Below, one piece after another: positions 38,332-48,300 of a stretch of DNA of 64,000 nt. A program made the translations under genes and the position numbers. Under the pieces are notes generated by a model. That model was not told where the DNA came from and did not search any database. It saw only the letters and a program-made list of their open reading frames with translations. Source of the DNA: Patescibacteria group bacterium (GTDB lineage Bacteria > Patescibacteriota > Patescibacteriia > UBA2196); NCBI GenBank assembly GCA_028748975.1, contig JAQTPI010000004.1:14734-78733 (forward strand), in the 5' to 3' direction. Numbering within the stretch: the stretch's first letter is position 1; each line of letters opens with the position of its first letter.

Positions 38332-39978
38332 ATGTCAAAAAAGAAGAAAATTATCTTAGTTGTTACGGCCGTAATAGTGCTTTTTATTATTGGCGGAATT
38401 GTGTTTAAGCCGAAAGCGAAAATTACCTATCAAACCGAGAAAGTTAAGCGCGGGGATTTGGTGCAGACGGTGGAGGCCACGGGCGAAGTGAAGTCGGCAA
38501 CAGATATTGCCTTAAATTTTCGGACGAGCGGACGAGTGGCAAAAATCAGCGTCAAAGAAGGGCAGGTGGTAAAAACCGGCGCAGTTTTGGCGAATCTGGA
38601 AAATAATAAAGAAAATAGCCAAGTTTTAAGCGCGCAAAGCCAACTGCTTTCAGCCAGGGCGGAATTGGAAAAACTTTTAGCCGGCGCGTCGCGGGCGGAT
38701 ATTTCTGTTTCCGAAGCCACCGTGGCACAGCGTCAGCAAGATTTAACAACAGCCAGGAATGTTTTAGAAGATACCAAGAAAATACGCGATACGGAAATTA
38801 ATAATTTAAAAGAAACGGCTTTGGCCACGATGAATAACGAATTGGCCACGGCCTTGGGATCCCTCTCCACAGTGAAAAATACTTTGGATGACAACGATTT
38901 AAGTTATACTTTAGGTGCCTTAAACGTTAATTCAGTGGAAGATGCCAGAAATGCAAAAATTGCAGCCGATAGTTCTTGGAATGAGATTGATTTATTATTA
39001 AACACCTTAAGTTCTGTTTCCACTACAGAGCAGATTTTGACGGGATTAGATCAGGAAATTTTAATGCTGGACAAAGTGGCGGACGCAGTGAATAAAACTT
39101 TGACAGTGTTGCAAAATTCTTTGACATCAAATTATGTTACGCAAACAGAATTGGATGCTTTTAAAGCCAATATCAAAGCGGAACAGGTAAAAATTAATGC
39201 CAGCCGCACCGCTGTGGTCACGGCGAAGAATAATATTAACAGTAAAATTTCCTATTATCTTGATTTAATCCGGCAAAAAGAAAATGCCGTCAGCGCGGCA
39301 GAATTGGCCTATGGCGCGGCCGAGGCCGCATTGACACTGAAGCGCGAACCGGCGCGGCCGTTTGAAATTAAAATCGCGGAAAGCAAAGTGAAACAGGCGG
39401 AGGCGAGTTTGCTTTCAGCGTCAGCGCAATTGGAAGACACAATTATTCGGGCGCCAATTGATGGAATTGTGACGCAAATTATGCCCAAGGCCGGAGAATT
39501 AGTGTCGTTGTCTACGCCGGTGATGCAAATTTTGGGCGCTTCTGAATTTGAAGTGGACGTGGATGTGCCGGAGTCGGATATTGTGAAATTGGCAATCGGC
39601 CAAAAAGCGGAAGTGACTTTTGACGCGCTGGGTTTGGAGAAAAAGTTTGGCGCCACCATTTCTTCCATTGAAATGGCGGAAACAAAAATTCAGGATGTGA
39701 TATATTATAAAGTCAGAATTCAGCCGGAAACCGAACAGTTGGAAATTAAATCCGGCATGACGGCCAACGTGACAATTTTTACGGCGCAGAAAAATGGGGT
39801 TTTGATCGTGCCTTCCCGCGCGATTAAAACCAACACGGAAAAATATGTGGAAATTTTAAAAGACGACAACGCGGTGGAGCGGCGCACGGTGGTGGTGGGA
39901 CTGCGCGGGGATGATGGAGTGGAAGTGGTGTCGGGAGTTAATGAAGGAGAGGATGTTATAACATTTACGAAGAAGTAA
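38332..39978 (+). CDS. Efflux transporter adaptor subunit (MacA/HlyD-like)
   Basis: TM anchor, VKRGDL...ATG, lipoyl halves, long coiled coil, IRAPIDG. Confidence 0.9.
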   Translation: MSKKKKIILVVTAVIVLFIIGGIVFKPKAKITYQTEKVKRGDLVQTVEATGEVKSATDIALNFRTSGRVAKISVKEGQVVKTGAVLANLENNKENSQVLSAQSQLLSARAELEKLLAGASRADISVSEATVAQRQQDLTTARNVLEDTKKIRDTEINNLKETALATMNNELATALGSLSTVKNTLDDNDLSYTLGALNVNSVEDARNAKIAADSSWNEIDLLLNTLSSVSTTEQILTGLDQEILMLDKVADAVNKTLTVLQNSLTSNYVTQTELDAFKANIKAEQVKINASRTAVVTAKNNINSKISYYLDLIRQKENAVSAAELAYGAAEAALTLKREPARPFEIKIAESKVKQAEASLLSASAQLEDTIIRAPIDGIVTQIMPKAGELVSLSTPVMQILGASEFEVDVDVPESDIVKLAIGQKAEVTFDALGLEKKFGATISSIEMAETKIQDVIYYKVRIQPETEQLEIKSGMTANVTIFTAQKNGVLIVPSRAIKTNTEKYVEILKDDNAVERRTVVVGLRGDDGVEVVSGVNEGEDVITFTKK

Positions 39979-39987
39979 CACGCGGGG

Positions 39988-40038
39988 TTGTCATCCCGAG
40001 AAGGTTTGATAGCAATCAAACCGACGAGGGATCTCGTA
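39988..40038. repeat. REP-like repeat, left flank of second GIY-YIG gene
   Basis: TTGTCATCCCGAG-[GGTTTGAT hairpin]-GACGAGGGATCTCGTA. Confidence 0.8.
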
Positions 40039-40045
40039 AGAATTT

Positions 40046-40357
40046 ATGAAGAAAAGCAAGAATTACTGTGTTTATATCACGACGAACATTTGGGATAATG
40101 TTTTCTATGTCGGCATTTCTGGTAATTTGATAAAAAGAGAAAATCAGCATAAAGTAAAATTTAAAGACGGTTTTACTAAAAAATATAATGTTGATAAATT
40201 AGTCTATTTTGAATGTTTTGATAATCCAACCGAAGCTATCAAAAGAGAAAAAGAAATTAAGAGCTGGAGAAGAGAAAAGAAAATAAATTTGATAAAAACA
40301 ATAAATCCGGAGTTTAAAGAGTTGGGTGGAGATTGGTGGAGAAATATAATGGCGTGA
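40046..40357 (+). CDS. GIY-YIG nuclease family protein, paralog of 16292-16603
   Basis: YCVYI...FYVGISGNLIKR..QHK...GFTKKYNV.KLVYFE...AIKREKEIK; both copies end DWW. Confidence 0.9.
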   Translation: MKKSKNYCVYITTNIWDNVFYVGISGNLIKRENQHKVKFKDGFTKKYNVDKLVYFECFDNPTEAIKREKEIKSWRREKKINLIKTINPEFKELGGDWWRNIMA

Positions 40358-40478
40358 TGTCATCCCGAGCGGAGCGTGGGATCTCGTGGATGACAGTAAA
40401 TTATAATAAAATTAATTTGCGGAGTAAGCTACGAGATTCCTCGTCGTCCCGAAGCGTCAGGACTCCTCGGAATGACAT
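40358..40478. repeat. Inverted REP doublet, right flank of GIY-YIG gene
   Basis: TGTCATCCCGAGCGGAGCGTGGGATCTCGT ... TACGAGATTCCTCG...CTCGGAATGACA. Confidence 0.8.
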
Positions 40479-40488
40479 CCGTCTGAAT

Positions 40489-41205
40489 ATGCCTCTCATC
40501 CAAACCAAAAACTTAAACAAAGAATACTGCACTGACGAGGTGAAAACGCCGGTGCTTTTTGATATTGATTTGGAAATCAATTCTGGGGAATTCGTGTCCA
40601 TCATGGGGCCTTCTGGTTCTGGCAAATCGACACTTATGCACATTTTGGGTTTTTTGGATCGATTAACGAGCGGCCAATATCTTTTTGAGAGTGCTGATGT
40701 GACCGGCTTTGATGATAAAAAATTAGCGCGGATTCGCAATGAAAAAATCGGTTTTGTTTTTCAGTCATTTAATCTTTTGCCGCGCACCACTGTTTTGGAA
40801 AACGTAAAACTACCTTTGCAATATCGGCCGGGGTTGAAAGAAAAAGAAAAAAATGAAATGGCAGAGAGTGCCTTGAAAGCGGTCGGGCTGGAACATCGCA
40901 TGAATTTTTTCTCCAACCAGCTTTCGGGCGGAGAAAAGCAAAGAGTGGCAATTGCGCGGGCTTTGGTTACAGACCCAACTTTAATTTTTGCCGATGAACC
41001 AACGGGTAATTTGGATTCCAAATCCGGGCTACAAATTATGGAAATTTTAGACAAGCTTAACAAGGCCGGCAAAACCATAATTTTGGTGACACACGAAACC
41101 AACACGGCCAGTTTTGCGCACCGGATAATTGCGTTGAAAGACGGCAGAATTGTGAGCGATAGGAAGGTTGATAATAGAAATCAGTTTAACGGAACCTTAA
41201 AGTAG
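40489..41205 (+). CDS. ABC transporter ATP-binding protein (MacB/LolD-like)
   Basis: [32 protein letters not shown]. Confidence 0.95.
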   Translation: MPLIQTKNLNKEYCTDEVKTPVLFDIDLEINSGEFVSIMGPSGSGKSTLMHILGFLDRLTSGQYLFESADVTGFDDKKLARIRNEKIGFVFQSFNLLPRTTVLENVKLPLQYRPGLKEKEKNEMAESALKAVGLEHRMNFFSNQLSGGEKQRVAIARALVTDPTLIFADEPTGNLDSKSGLQIMEILDKLNKAGKTIILVTHETNTASFAHRIIALKDGRIVSDRKVDNRNQFNGTLK

Positions 41206-41313
41206 TCGTTTTACGTTAAACGGCGTCGCCGCCCGTATCGTTTACGATTTGGTTGGACGTAAAACCTTTAACGACTGCCGATACGCGCCGCGAGGCCGTA
41301 TAACGACAAATGA
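41205..41313. mobile_element. Non-coding element with the same terminal arms as the four-helix-bundle unit
   Basis: Arm 41208-41241 matches the reverse complement of 27120-27153 at 32/34 nt. Confidence 0.7.
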
Positions 41314-41349
41314 AAATAATTTAGTTTTTGGAATTTAGGATTTAAGATT

Positions 41350-42582
41350 ATGACATACAAATTACTCCTCCATTCATCAATCAGAGCTCTCCGAGCGAAT
41401 CGCAATCGCACGTTTTTGACGATTCTTGGAATTGTCATCGGCATTTCTTCAGTGATTGTGATTATGTCCGTGGGCGCCGGCGCGCAGAGCTTGATTTTTA
41501 ATCAAATGGCGTCGGTCGGCACCAATATGATTGGAATTTTGCCGGGCTATAGCGATGAAGAAGGGCCGCCGGCATCGGTGATGGGGGTGGTGATTACCAC
41601 CCTGAAGGCCAAAGACGCCGAGGAATTGAAAAAAATTAAGGAAGTGACGGCCGTGGCTGCCTATGTGCGCGGCGTGGACACGGCCCAAGCGCAGGGTCAA
41701 AAAATGGATATAACTTTTTTAGGAGTATCCGCTGATTACCCGAGAGTGGAGAATGCCGAACTGGAGCTCGGTTCTTTTTTTGATCAAGCCCAAGACAAAG
41801 AAATGGCGCGGGTGGCGGTTTTGGGCTATGAGGTCTGGCAGCAATTGTTTAACGGTGATAATCCCATAGGCGCGCATGTAAAAATTAAAAACGAAAGTTT
41901 TGACGTGATTGGGGTTTTTGAAAAACGCGGGACGGAGTCGTTTGAAAATAAAGACAATATGATTTTAGTGCCCTTAACTACGGCGCAAAAATTGCTTTTG
42001 GGTATTGACCATATCAGTATGATTCATCTACTGGTCAAAAGCGACAATGACGTGCCGGCGGCCCTGGAACAAATTAAAAGCATTTTGCGCGAAGAGCACG
42101 ACATTGAACCCGGCATGAGCGATGATTTTACGGCGCGCTCCGCGGCGCAGGGGCTGGAAGCTTTGAAACAAGTAACCAATGCCTTGAAATTTTTTCTGGC
42201 CGGCATGGCGGCAATTTCACTCATTGTCGGGGGAGTGGGGATTATGAATATCATGCTCGTGGCGGTGAATGAAAGAACCAGAGAAATTGGACTGCGCAAA
42301 GCGATTGGCGCTACGGCCAGAAATGTCCAAGAACAATTTTTGATTGAAGCGGTCACGGTAACAATTCTTGGCGGCATTGTCGGAATTATTTTTGGAATTT
42401 TAACTTCGGCCATGGTGGCCGGAGTGGCAAAATATTTGGGCTATGACTGGGATTTGGTGGTGACCATGCCTTCAATTTTAATGGGCGTAGGAGTTTCCGG
42501 GGCAGTGGGGATTTTATTTGGGTGGTATCCCGCGAAAAAAGCGGCGGGGTTGGAACCGGTGGAGGCGTTGAGGCACGAGTAG
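41350..42582 (+). CDS. ABC transporter permease (MacB/FtsX-like)
   Basis: LTILGIVIG, GGVGIMNIMLVAVNERTREIGLRKAIGA, PVEALRHE. Confidence 0.93.
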   Translation: MTYKLLLHSSIRALRANRNRTFLTILGIVIGISSVIVIMSVGAGAQSLIFNQMASVGTNMIGILPGYSDEEGPPASVMGVVITTLKAKDAEELKKIKEVTAVAAYVRGVDTAQAQGQKMDITFLGVSADYPRVENAELELGSFFDQAQDKEMARVAVLGYEVWQQLFNGDNPIGAHVKIKNESFDVIGVFEKRGTESFENKDNMILVPLTTAQKLLLGIDHISMIHLLVKSDNDVPAALEQIKSILREEHDIEPGMSDDFTARSAAQGLEALKQVTNALKFFLAGMAAISLIVGGVGIMNIMLVAVNERTREIGLRKAIGATARNVQEQFLIEAVTVTILGGIVGIIFGILTSAMVAGVAKYLGYDWDLVVTMPSILMGVGVSGAVGILFGWYPAKKAAGLEPVEALRHE

Positions 42583-42750
42583 AATAATCTAATAATCTAA
42601 TAACGGATAATAAGTAACTAGTAATAAGTAATAGAGAGAACCAGAAATAAGGATATAGGAATATGGGGATATAAGGAAATAAAATTGTTGAATTGTTAAA
42701 GGGAAATAAAAAAGCGGCCATGATGATGACCGCGTGAAGATCGGATTGAA

Positions 42751-43026
42751 TTAAGGTTTTGGGCAAAAGACACTTGTTAAAATAGCCGTCCCAACCAGAC
42801 CAGTAGTAACAGCGCCAAAAATTTTCCAATAAGCTTCTTTACGTTTTTTTTGTATTACGTCGTGCTGTGGTAAATAACGACTTAAACAATTATTTTCGTC
42901 GCGGATGGTGTAAACAGCTTGTTTGGTGAGAAGTCCAGCAAGCCCAATCAGAGACAGACCCACTAAAAAGAAAAACAAATCAAAAAAAGTATAGTAGGAC
43001 CAAAATTCTTTCCATATGCTTTCCAT
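42751..43026 (-). CDS. Small two-TM hypothetical protein between the permeases
   Basis: SD AAGGAGGAGG; 91 aa; opposite strand. Confidence 0.6.
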   Translation of the reverse strand: MESIWKEFWSYYTFFDLFFFLVGLSLIGLAGLLTKQAVYTIRDENNCLSRYLPQHDVIQKKRKEAYWKIFGAVTTGLVGTAILTSVFCPKP

Positions 43027-43101
43027 AGACCTCCTCCTTTGTGGTAGTGGTTTGTAAAAGTGTCTAATTTAAGTATAGCGCTGAATAAAAATTATGTCAA
43101 T

Positions 43102-44352
43102 ATGAATTTCATATCTCTACTCAAAACAGCCTTTAATTCTCTTCGGGCGCATAAGGTGCGATCGGCTTTGACTGTGCTCGGGCTGATGATTGGCGTGACG
43201 TCCATAATTTTGGTTTTGAATATGGGCGAGGGGATTAAAAATTATGTTTTAGGCACTCTTGATGTTTTTGGCGCGGATTTGATTGAGGTGGAAATTAAGG
43301 TACCCAACACCAGTCAAGCTTCATCCGAAAATGCCATGGGCATGGCAAGCGGGGTGTCCATCACTACTTTGAAAATGGAAGACGCTGAAGCGGTTGCCAA
43401 ACATCCAAACGTTCGCGGAATGTACGCGGGACTGATGGGCCAGCAGGTGGTAAGTTTTGAAGATGAACACAACACCTCTTTAATTTGGGGCATGACCGCC
43501 AGTTTTTTTGATCTTTACAACGCGAAGGTGGTAGAAGGCCGTCCATATTTGGAGGAAGAGGATCGGGCGCAGGCGCGGGTGGCGGTGATTGGACCAAAGC
43601 TGAGCGAAAAATTTTTCGCGGGCGGCGAAGCAATCGGGCAATACATTAAAATCGGCAACAAAAAATTCCGAGTGATTGGCGTTATGGAAGAGCAGGGGAC
43701 ATATATGGGGATGATGGATATGGACAGTGTGGTTTATATGCCGGCCAGAACTTTGCAAAAACAAGTTATGGGCGTTGATTATATTCAATACATCATGATG
43801 TTTCCCAAAGACAAAACACAAAGCGCGGCTACGGCGGCTGACATTATTGATATTATGCGCAGCCAACATGAGATAACCGATCCTAATAAAGATGATTTCG
43901 CGGTGACCACAGCCGAGGAAGCCATGAAAATGATGAATACCGTGACTGGCGGCATTACTTTGCTTTTGATGGCGATTGCCGGCATCTCGCTTATTGTCGG
44001 GGGAGTGGGAATTATGAATATTATGTATGTGTCGGTTTCCGAGCGCACTTATGAAATTGGTTTAAGAAAAGCGATTGGCGCGACTTCGGGAAATATTTTA
44101 TGGCAGTTCATGTGGGAAGCAATTTTTTTAACTTTTATGGGCGGAGTTGTCGGCGTGGTTTTTGGCACTTTATTAAGTTTTATTTCGGCGCTGGCTGCCA
44201 AGTCGTTTGGCATTGATTGGGGGTTTAATTTTTCCGTGCCAGGATTATTTTTGGCCGTGGGATTTTCCGTGGCCGTGGGTTTGATTTTTGGCGTGCGGCC
44301 AGCCCGCCATGCCGCGAGTTTAGAGCCAGTGGAGGCGATGAGGATGGAATAA
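43102..44352 (+). CDS. ABC transporter permease (MacB/FtsX-like), paralog
   Basis: LTVLGLMIG, GIMNIMYVSVSERTYEIGLRKAIGA, PVEAMRME. Confidence 0.93.
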   Translation: MNFISLLKTAFNSLRAHKVRSALTVLGLMIGVTSIILVLNMGEGIKNYVLGTLDVFGADLIEVEIKVPNTSQASSENAMGMASGVSITTLKMEDAEAVAKHPNVRGMYAGLMGQQVVSFEDEHNTSLIWGMTASFFDLYNAKVVEGRPYLEEEDRAQARVAVIGPKLSEKFFAGGEAIGQYIKIGNKKFRVIGVMEEQGTYMGMMDMDSVVYMPARTLQKQVMGVDYIQYIMMFPKDKTQSAATAADIIDIMRSQHEITDPNKDDFAVTTAEEAMKMMNTVTGGITLLLMAIAGISLIVGGVGIMNIMYVSVSERTYEIGLRKAIGATSGNILWQFMWEAIFLTFMGGVVGVVFGTLLSFISALAAKSFGIDWGFNFSVPGLFLAVGFSVAVGLIFGVRPARHAASLEPVEAMRME

Positions 44353-44942
44353 AATTAGAACCAAGAACTAAGGAGCAACTTCTAATAATTTGAAGAACGG
44401 GCAAACGCCTATTTTTTTTAGTTTCAGATAATTGGGCCAGTAGGAATCTGGCATAAAACAGCATAGTTTAAGGGCGTTTAAAAAATCAAAAAGAATTAAA
44501 GGAAAAAATAGTAAAAAATTTAATCTAGGGATGTGAAAAAACATTAAATAAATACCAAAAAATTCAAAATAAATACCAAAAAATTCAAAAATAATTAAAA
44601 TTTAATGCCAGAAATCTTCAATTTTACCCAATTTTTAATGGTTTTAAGGCTGAAATTTGCTATTTTAAATAAGAGATGAACGGGGAATGAGGCAGTGAAT
44701 TTTGCTGGAATCAGGCCTGTTTTTATGTAAATTTTCTATTGAAAAGCAGAAATTTTCTATAAGGCCACCTAGCGTTGTTTTTTAGTCCCTGTTTTTGTGG
44801 ATAAATTGGCAAAGGTTAAAAAGAAAAAACTGGGAATCAAAGAAAGGCAGTGTATAACTTCAAAAAAATTTTAAAGTTAATAAACTTTTATGAGCAAAGA
44901 AGCGCGCATATCGGCCCTTTTTAAGCTTATTGGAGACAAATT

Positions 44943-45015
44943 TTTTGAAAGCCGATAAACGTTTATCGGCTTTCAAAATTTTATTTGACTTTTTGGTTTT
45001 TTTGCGCTATAATTA
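44943..45015 (+). promoter_or_regulatory. 36-bp perfect palindrome followed by sigma70 promoter
   Basis: TTTTGAAAGCCGATAAAC|GTTTATCGGCTTTCAAAA, then TTGACT...TATAAT. Confidence 0.65.
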
Positions 45016-45019
45016 ATAT

Positions 45020-45305
45020 AGAGACAAATTAGGTTTGTTCGCCAAGTCAAAGGGGGCGTCTCGGAAACGCTCAGGTGGGTTGAAAAACCACCACCAATGA
45101 CCTGAAGAGGATCCTGTTTATAGCCTTTGGCTAAGACAGGGTTTCGGAACAAAAAAGTTAATTAAAATCTTGATTTACTGGTGCTTAAAAGCACGAGGCC
45201 ATTTTGTTTAGCCAAAAACGTTTTTAGGAGATGTTTAAGGGCGCTATATATGTATATAATAGAAATAAATAAATAAAAATAAATTAAAATAAAAATAAAT
45301 TCCCC
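45020..45305 (+). ncRNA. Candidate structured 5' leader, copy 1
   Basis: Hairpins GCGT-CTCGGAA-ACGC and GTGC-TTAAAA-GCAC-GAGG shared with 53401-53741. Confidence 0.45.
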
Positions 45306-48300
45306 ATGTTCCGTTGTCAAAATTACCATGCTCAAAAGACAGAAAACCACGCTCAAGAAAAGAGTCGTGGTTTTATTTCTTTAACCGAGGCGGCGGAGCT
45401 ATGCACTTACTCACAGGAATATCTATCACTTTTGGCCAGACGGGGGGAACTTCGGGCGCAGAAGTTTGGCAACAACTGGTTTACTAAAACTAAATGGCTG
45501 AAAAAATACGTGGCAGAACACGCCGAAGGCACCATCCTTAATGGCAAGGGAAAATTTTTGGCGAAAGAAAAGATGGCCATGGATTTTAGGAGTTTTAGAG
45601 AAGAAGTTGAGGATTTGATTATGACAGCGAAGAAAAAAACAGTAGCGGTTGGCAGAGGCGGATTGGTGGCCGCGGTGGCATTAGCAATGGTGACCGGAGC
45701 GATTTTGGTCAAACCAAATTATGTGAGAGATTTTGCGCTGACGGAAATTAAATTGGCGCGCATTGGAGTTGGTGAAATTAAAAATATTTTGTGGAGCGAT
45801 GGCGTGATTCGGTTTGGAGTACAGATGAAAGAGGTGGTGCTGGGCATGAAGGAAGATTTTTTAGTAGCTGATAATTTATCGTCTGACCCTCTCCAAACTT
45901 CCTCCCTAGCAAGGGGAAGAGCTTACGGACTAGTGGCGGGAGCAAAGACCGATGAAATTTGGAAAAATTTTGTTGGTAAACTTAATCGAATAAAGATTTT
46001 GAATGTCAACATGGCGCAAAATTTTGAAAATTCCGATCAGGAAATTTATTTGGTACATAATTATTGGCAAAAAATTGGAGGACTGGCAGATAATTTCATT
46101 CCGATTTTTTCTTTTGTAAAAAGAGAGAGCTCACAAATTATCGATGGCGCGGCAAAAATTATTGGCAAAGCCGGAGAGAGAATTGATCGCTCGACCGCTA
46201 ATTTTGGCGGAAAAATTGGCGAGTGGTTTTCATCTTTCCAAAAAACAGAATGGGATCCACAATTGTTAAGTCAGTTAGCAAAGAAAACCCAAGAGACACA
46301 GATTGTTTATCAAACGAATAACATAATCAACAACACAACTTTGGTCAGTGGAAATAAAACAACTGCCGGGCCGGGCGTAATTGACACACAGGGAACAACC
46401 GGCATTAACGGCGCAACTGGCAAAACTGGCAGCCAAGGGCCACGCGGTGAAAAAGGTGAAACCGGGCCACAAGGATTACAGGGAATACAAGGACCAGCCG
46501 GTATCTGTGGTGGAACATGTTCGGGTAGTGGCGGTTCGGTTACCAATATTTACAATGTGGGCGTGCAAGGCGCCACGGCCCATGATGGCGCGGGTAGTTC
46601 GCTGGCCACTAAATATTTGGGCGCAGGCGAACTCTCGGTTTCCGGCAACACCAGCTTAGTTGGCGTCTTGACAGTGGGGGGCGGCGCTTCTTTTAGCAGT
46701 GGCGTGTCCATTGCCGGCATCTTGAATGGCGGCAACGCGACTTTTGGCGGTGTTTCCATGGCCACATTGAATGCCACAACCACCAATGCTGACAGTCTTT
46801 ATATTTTTAATAATGCCACGACCACGGGCGCGCAATATATCGGCGGAGATTTAACTGTGGCTGGTACTGCGGTTTTCACTGGTGGCAGTTCTTTCAATTC
46901 CATCACGACGACTGATACGGCCTACATTGGTGGCAGAAGTTTTTTGATGGGCAACGTCGGCATCGGCACCACAAATGCTACGGCCACCCTGCTTGTTATT
47001 AGCGACCAATATGAAGGCGCAAAATTCGTAGTGGCCTCATCCACGGCTTTGGCTACGCCGAGTTTGTATGTTGATAAAGGAGGCAACGTAGGCATTGGCA
47101 AAACTAATCCCGAATTTAAATTGGATGTTGCGGGAATAATAAATGCCACCTCTTTGTATGTTGATGGCAGTCCCTATGTTGGTAGCCAATGGACAACAGC
47201 TGTTAATGATATTTATTATAATACTGGTAATGTAGGCATTGGCATTACTAACCCAGCTGCTTTGTTTGAAATCGCCACAACCACAACTGACTGGGCCGCG
47301 GGAACTCGTCCTTTAATGCGCGTGGCCACGAAGACCACGGAGGCGTTGTATGTGGGAGCGAGCGGGAATGTGGGAATTGGGACGACCGTGCCGACATCCA
47401 CTTTGCAGGTGGCTGGTAATTTCAATATCACCACCACTTCGGCTTTGACGACTAATCAAAGTGTTTTCTTTGTGAACAATGCGACGAAGAACGTGGGAAT
47501 TGGCACCACCGCGCCAGGAGCTAAATTAGAAGTCAATGGCTCAATCCTTCCAAGTTCAAGTTTGGCCAATGATTTGGGAAGCGGAACTCGCTATTATAAC
47601 AATGGCTATATTTATACACTTGATCAGGGTGGCGGCGTTATTCAAAATACTACTTATATAAAATCTCAAGGCAGTTTGGGTATATTTCCTTTTAGCGGCG
47701 GCACCACCGCAACTTTAAGAATTGGCTCCTTGCCAGGCCAAGGCACAACTTATTCTTATAAAGATATTTATTTTGACACAGCGGATGTTAATAGAATGTA
47801 TATTGCCAATGCGGGCAACGTCGGCATCGGCACGACTAATCCACAGGGCGCATTGTCCGTGATGAATGGTAATGTGGGCATTGGCACCACCAATCCCGGC
47901 GCTTTATTTGAAATCGCTACGACCACGACTGACTGGGCCGCGGGAACTCGTCCTTTAATGCGCGTGGCCACGAAGACAACAGAAGCTTTTTATATCGCGG
48001 CAAGCGGAAACGTCGGCATTGGGACGACGAATCCGCAATACAAATTTGATATTGCTGGCTATGCTTCTTCTACCCAAGATATTTACGCGGCGAACCTTGG
48101 TTATAATGAAGGCATGTTGGAAGACCCAACCATTATTGACGCAACCGGTGCGGCAATTAATATTTCAGCAGCTTATGTTTTAATCCGTTCCAGTAGTGAT
48201 TGGACTGGTTATAAACTAGAAAGACATTTGGTGCCGGCAAATACCGCTTTAGCTTTAACCGATAATGATCTTAACTACGTTTATATTAATTATAATAGCG

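Noticed and set aside
40333-40488. N-terminal extension of the ABC ATPase in the ORF track
   Set aside because: It is translated REP sequence; homology starts at MPLIQTKNL (40489). Similar spurious extensions apply to rpmI, rplT, 12103, 25550 and 32580.
44400-45000. Replication origin in the long AT-rich intergenic regions (also 52800-53360)
   Set aside because: Only about two DnaA boxes each, no dnaA/dnaN nearby, and the two regions are better explained as paralogous upstream regions.
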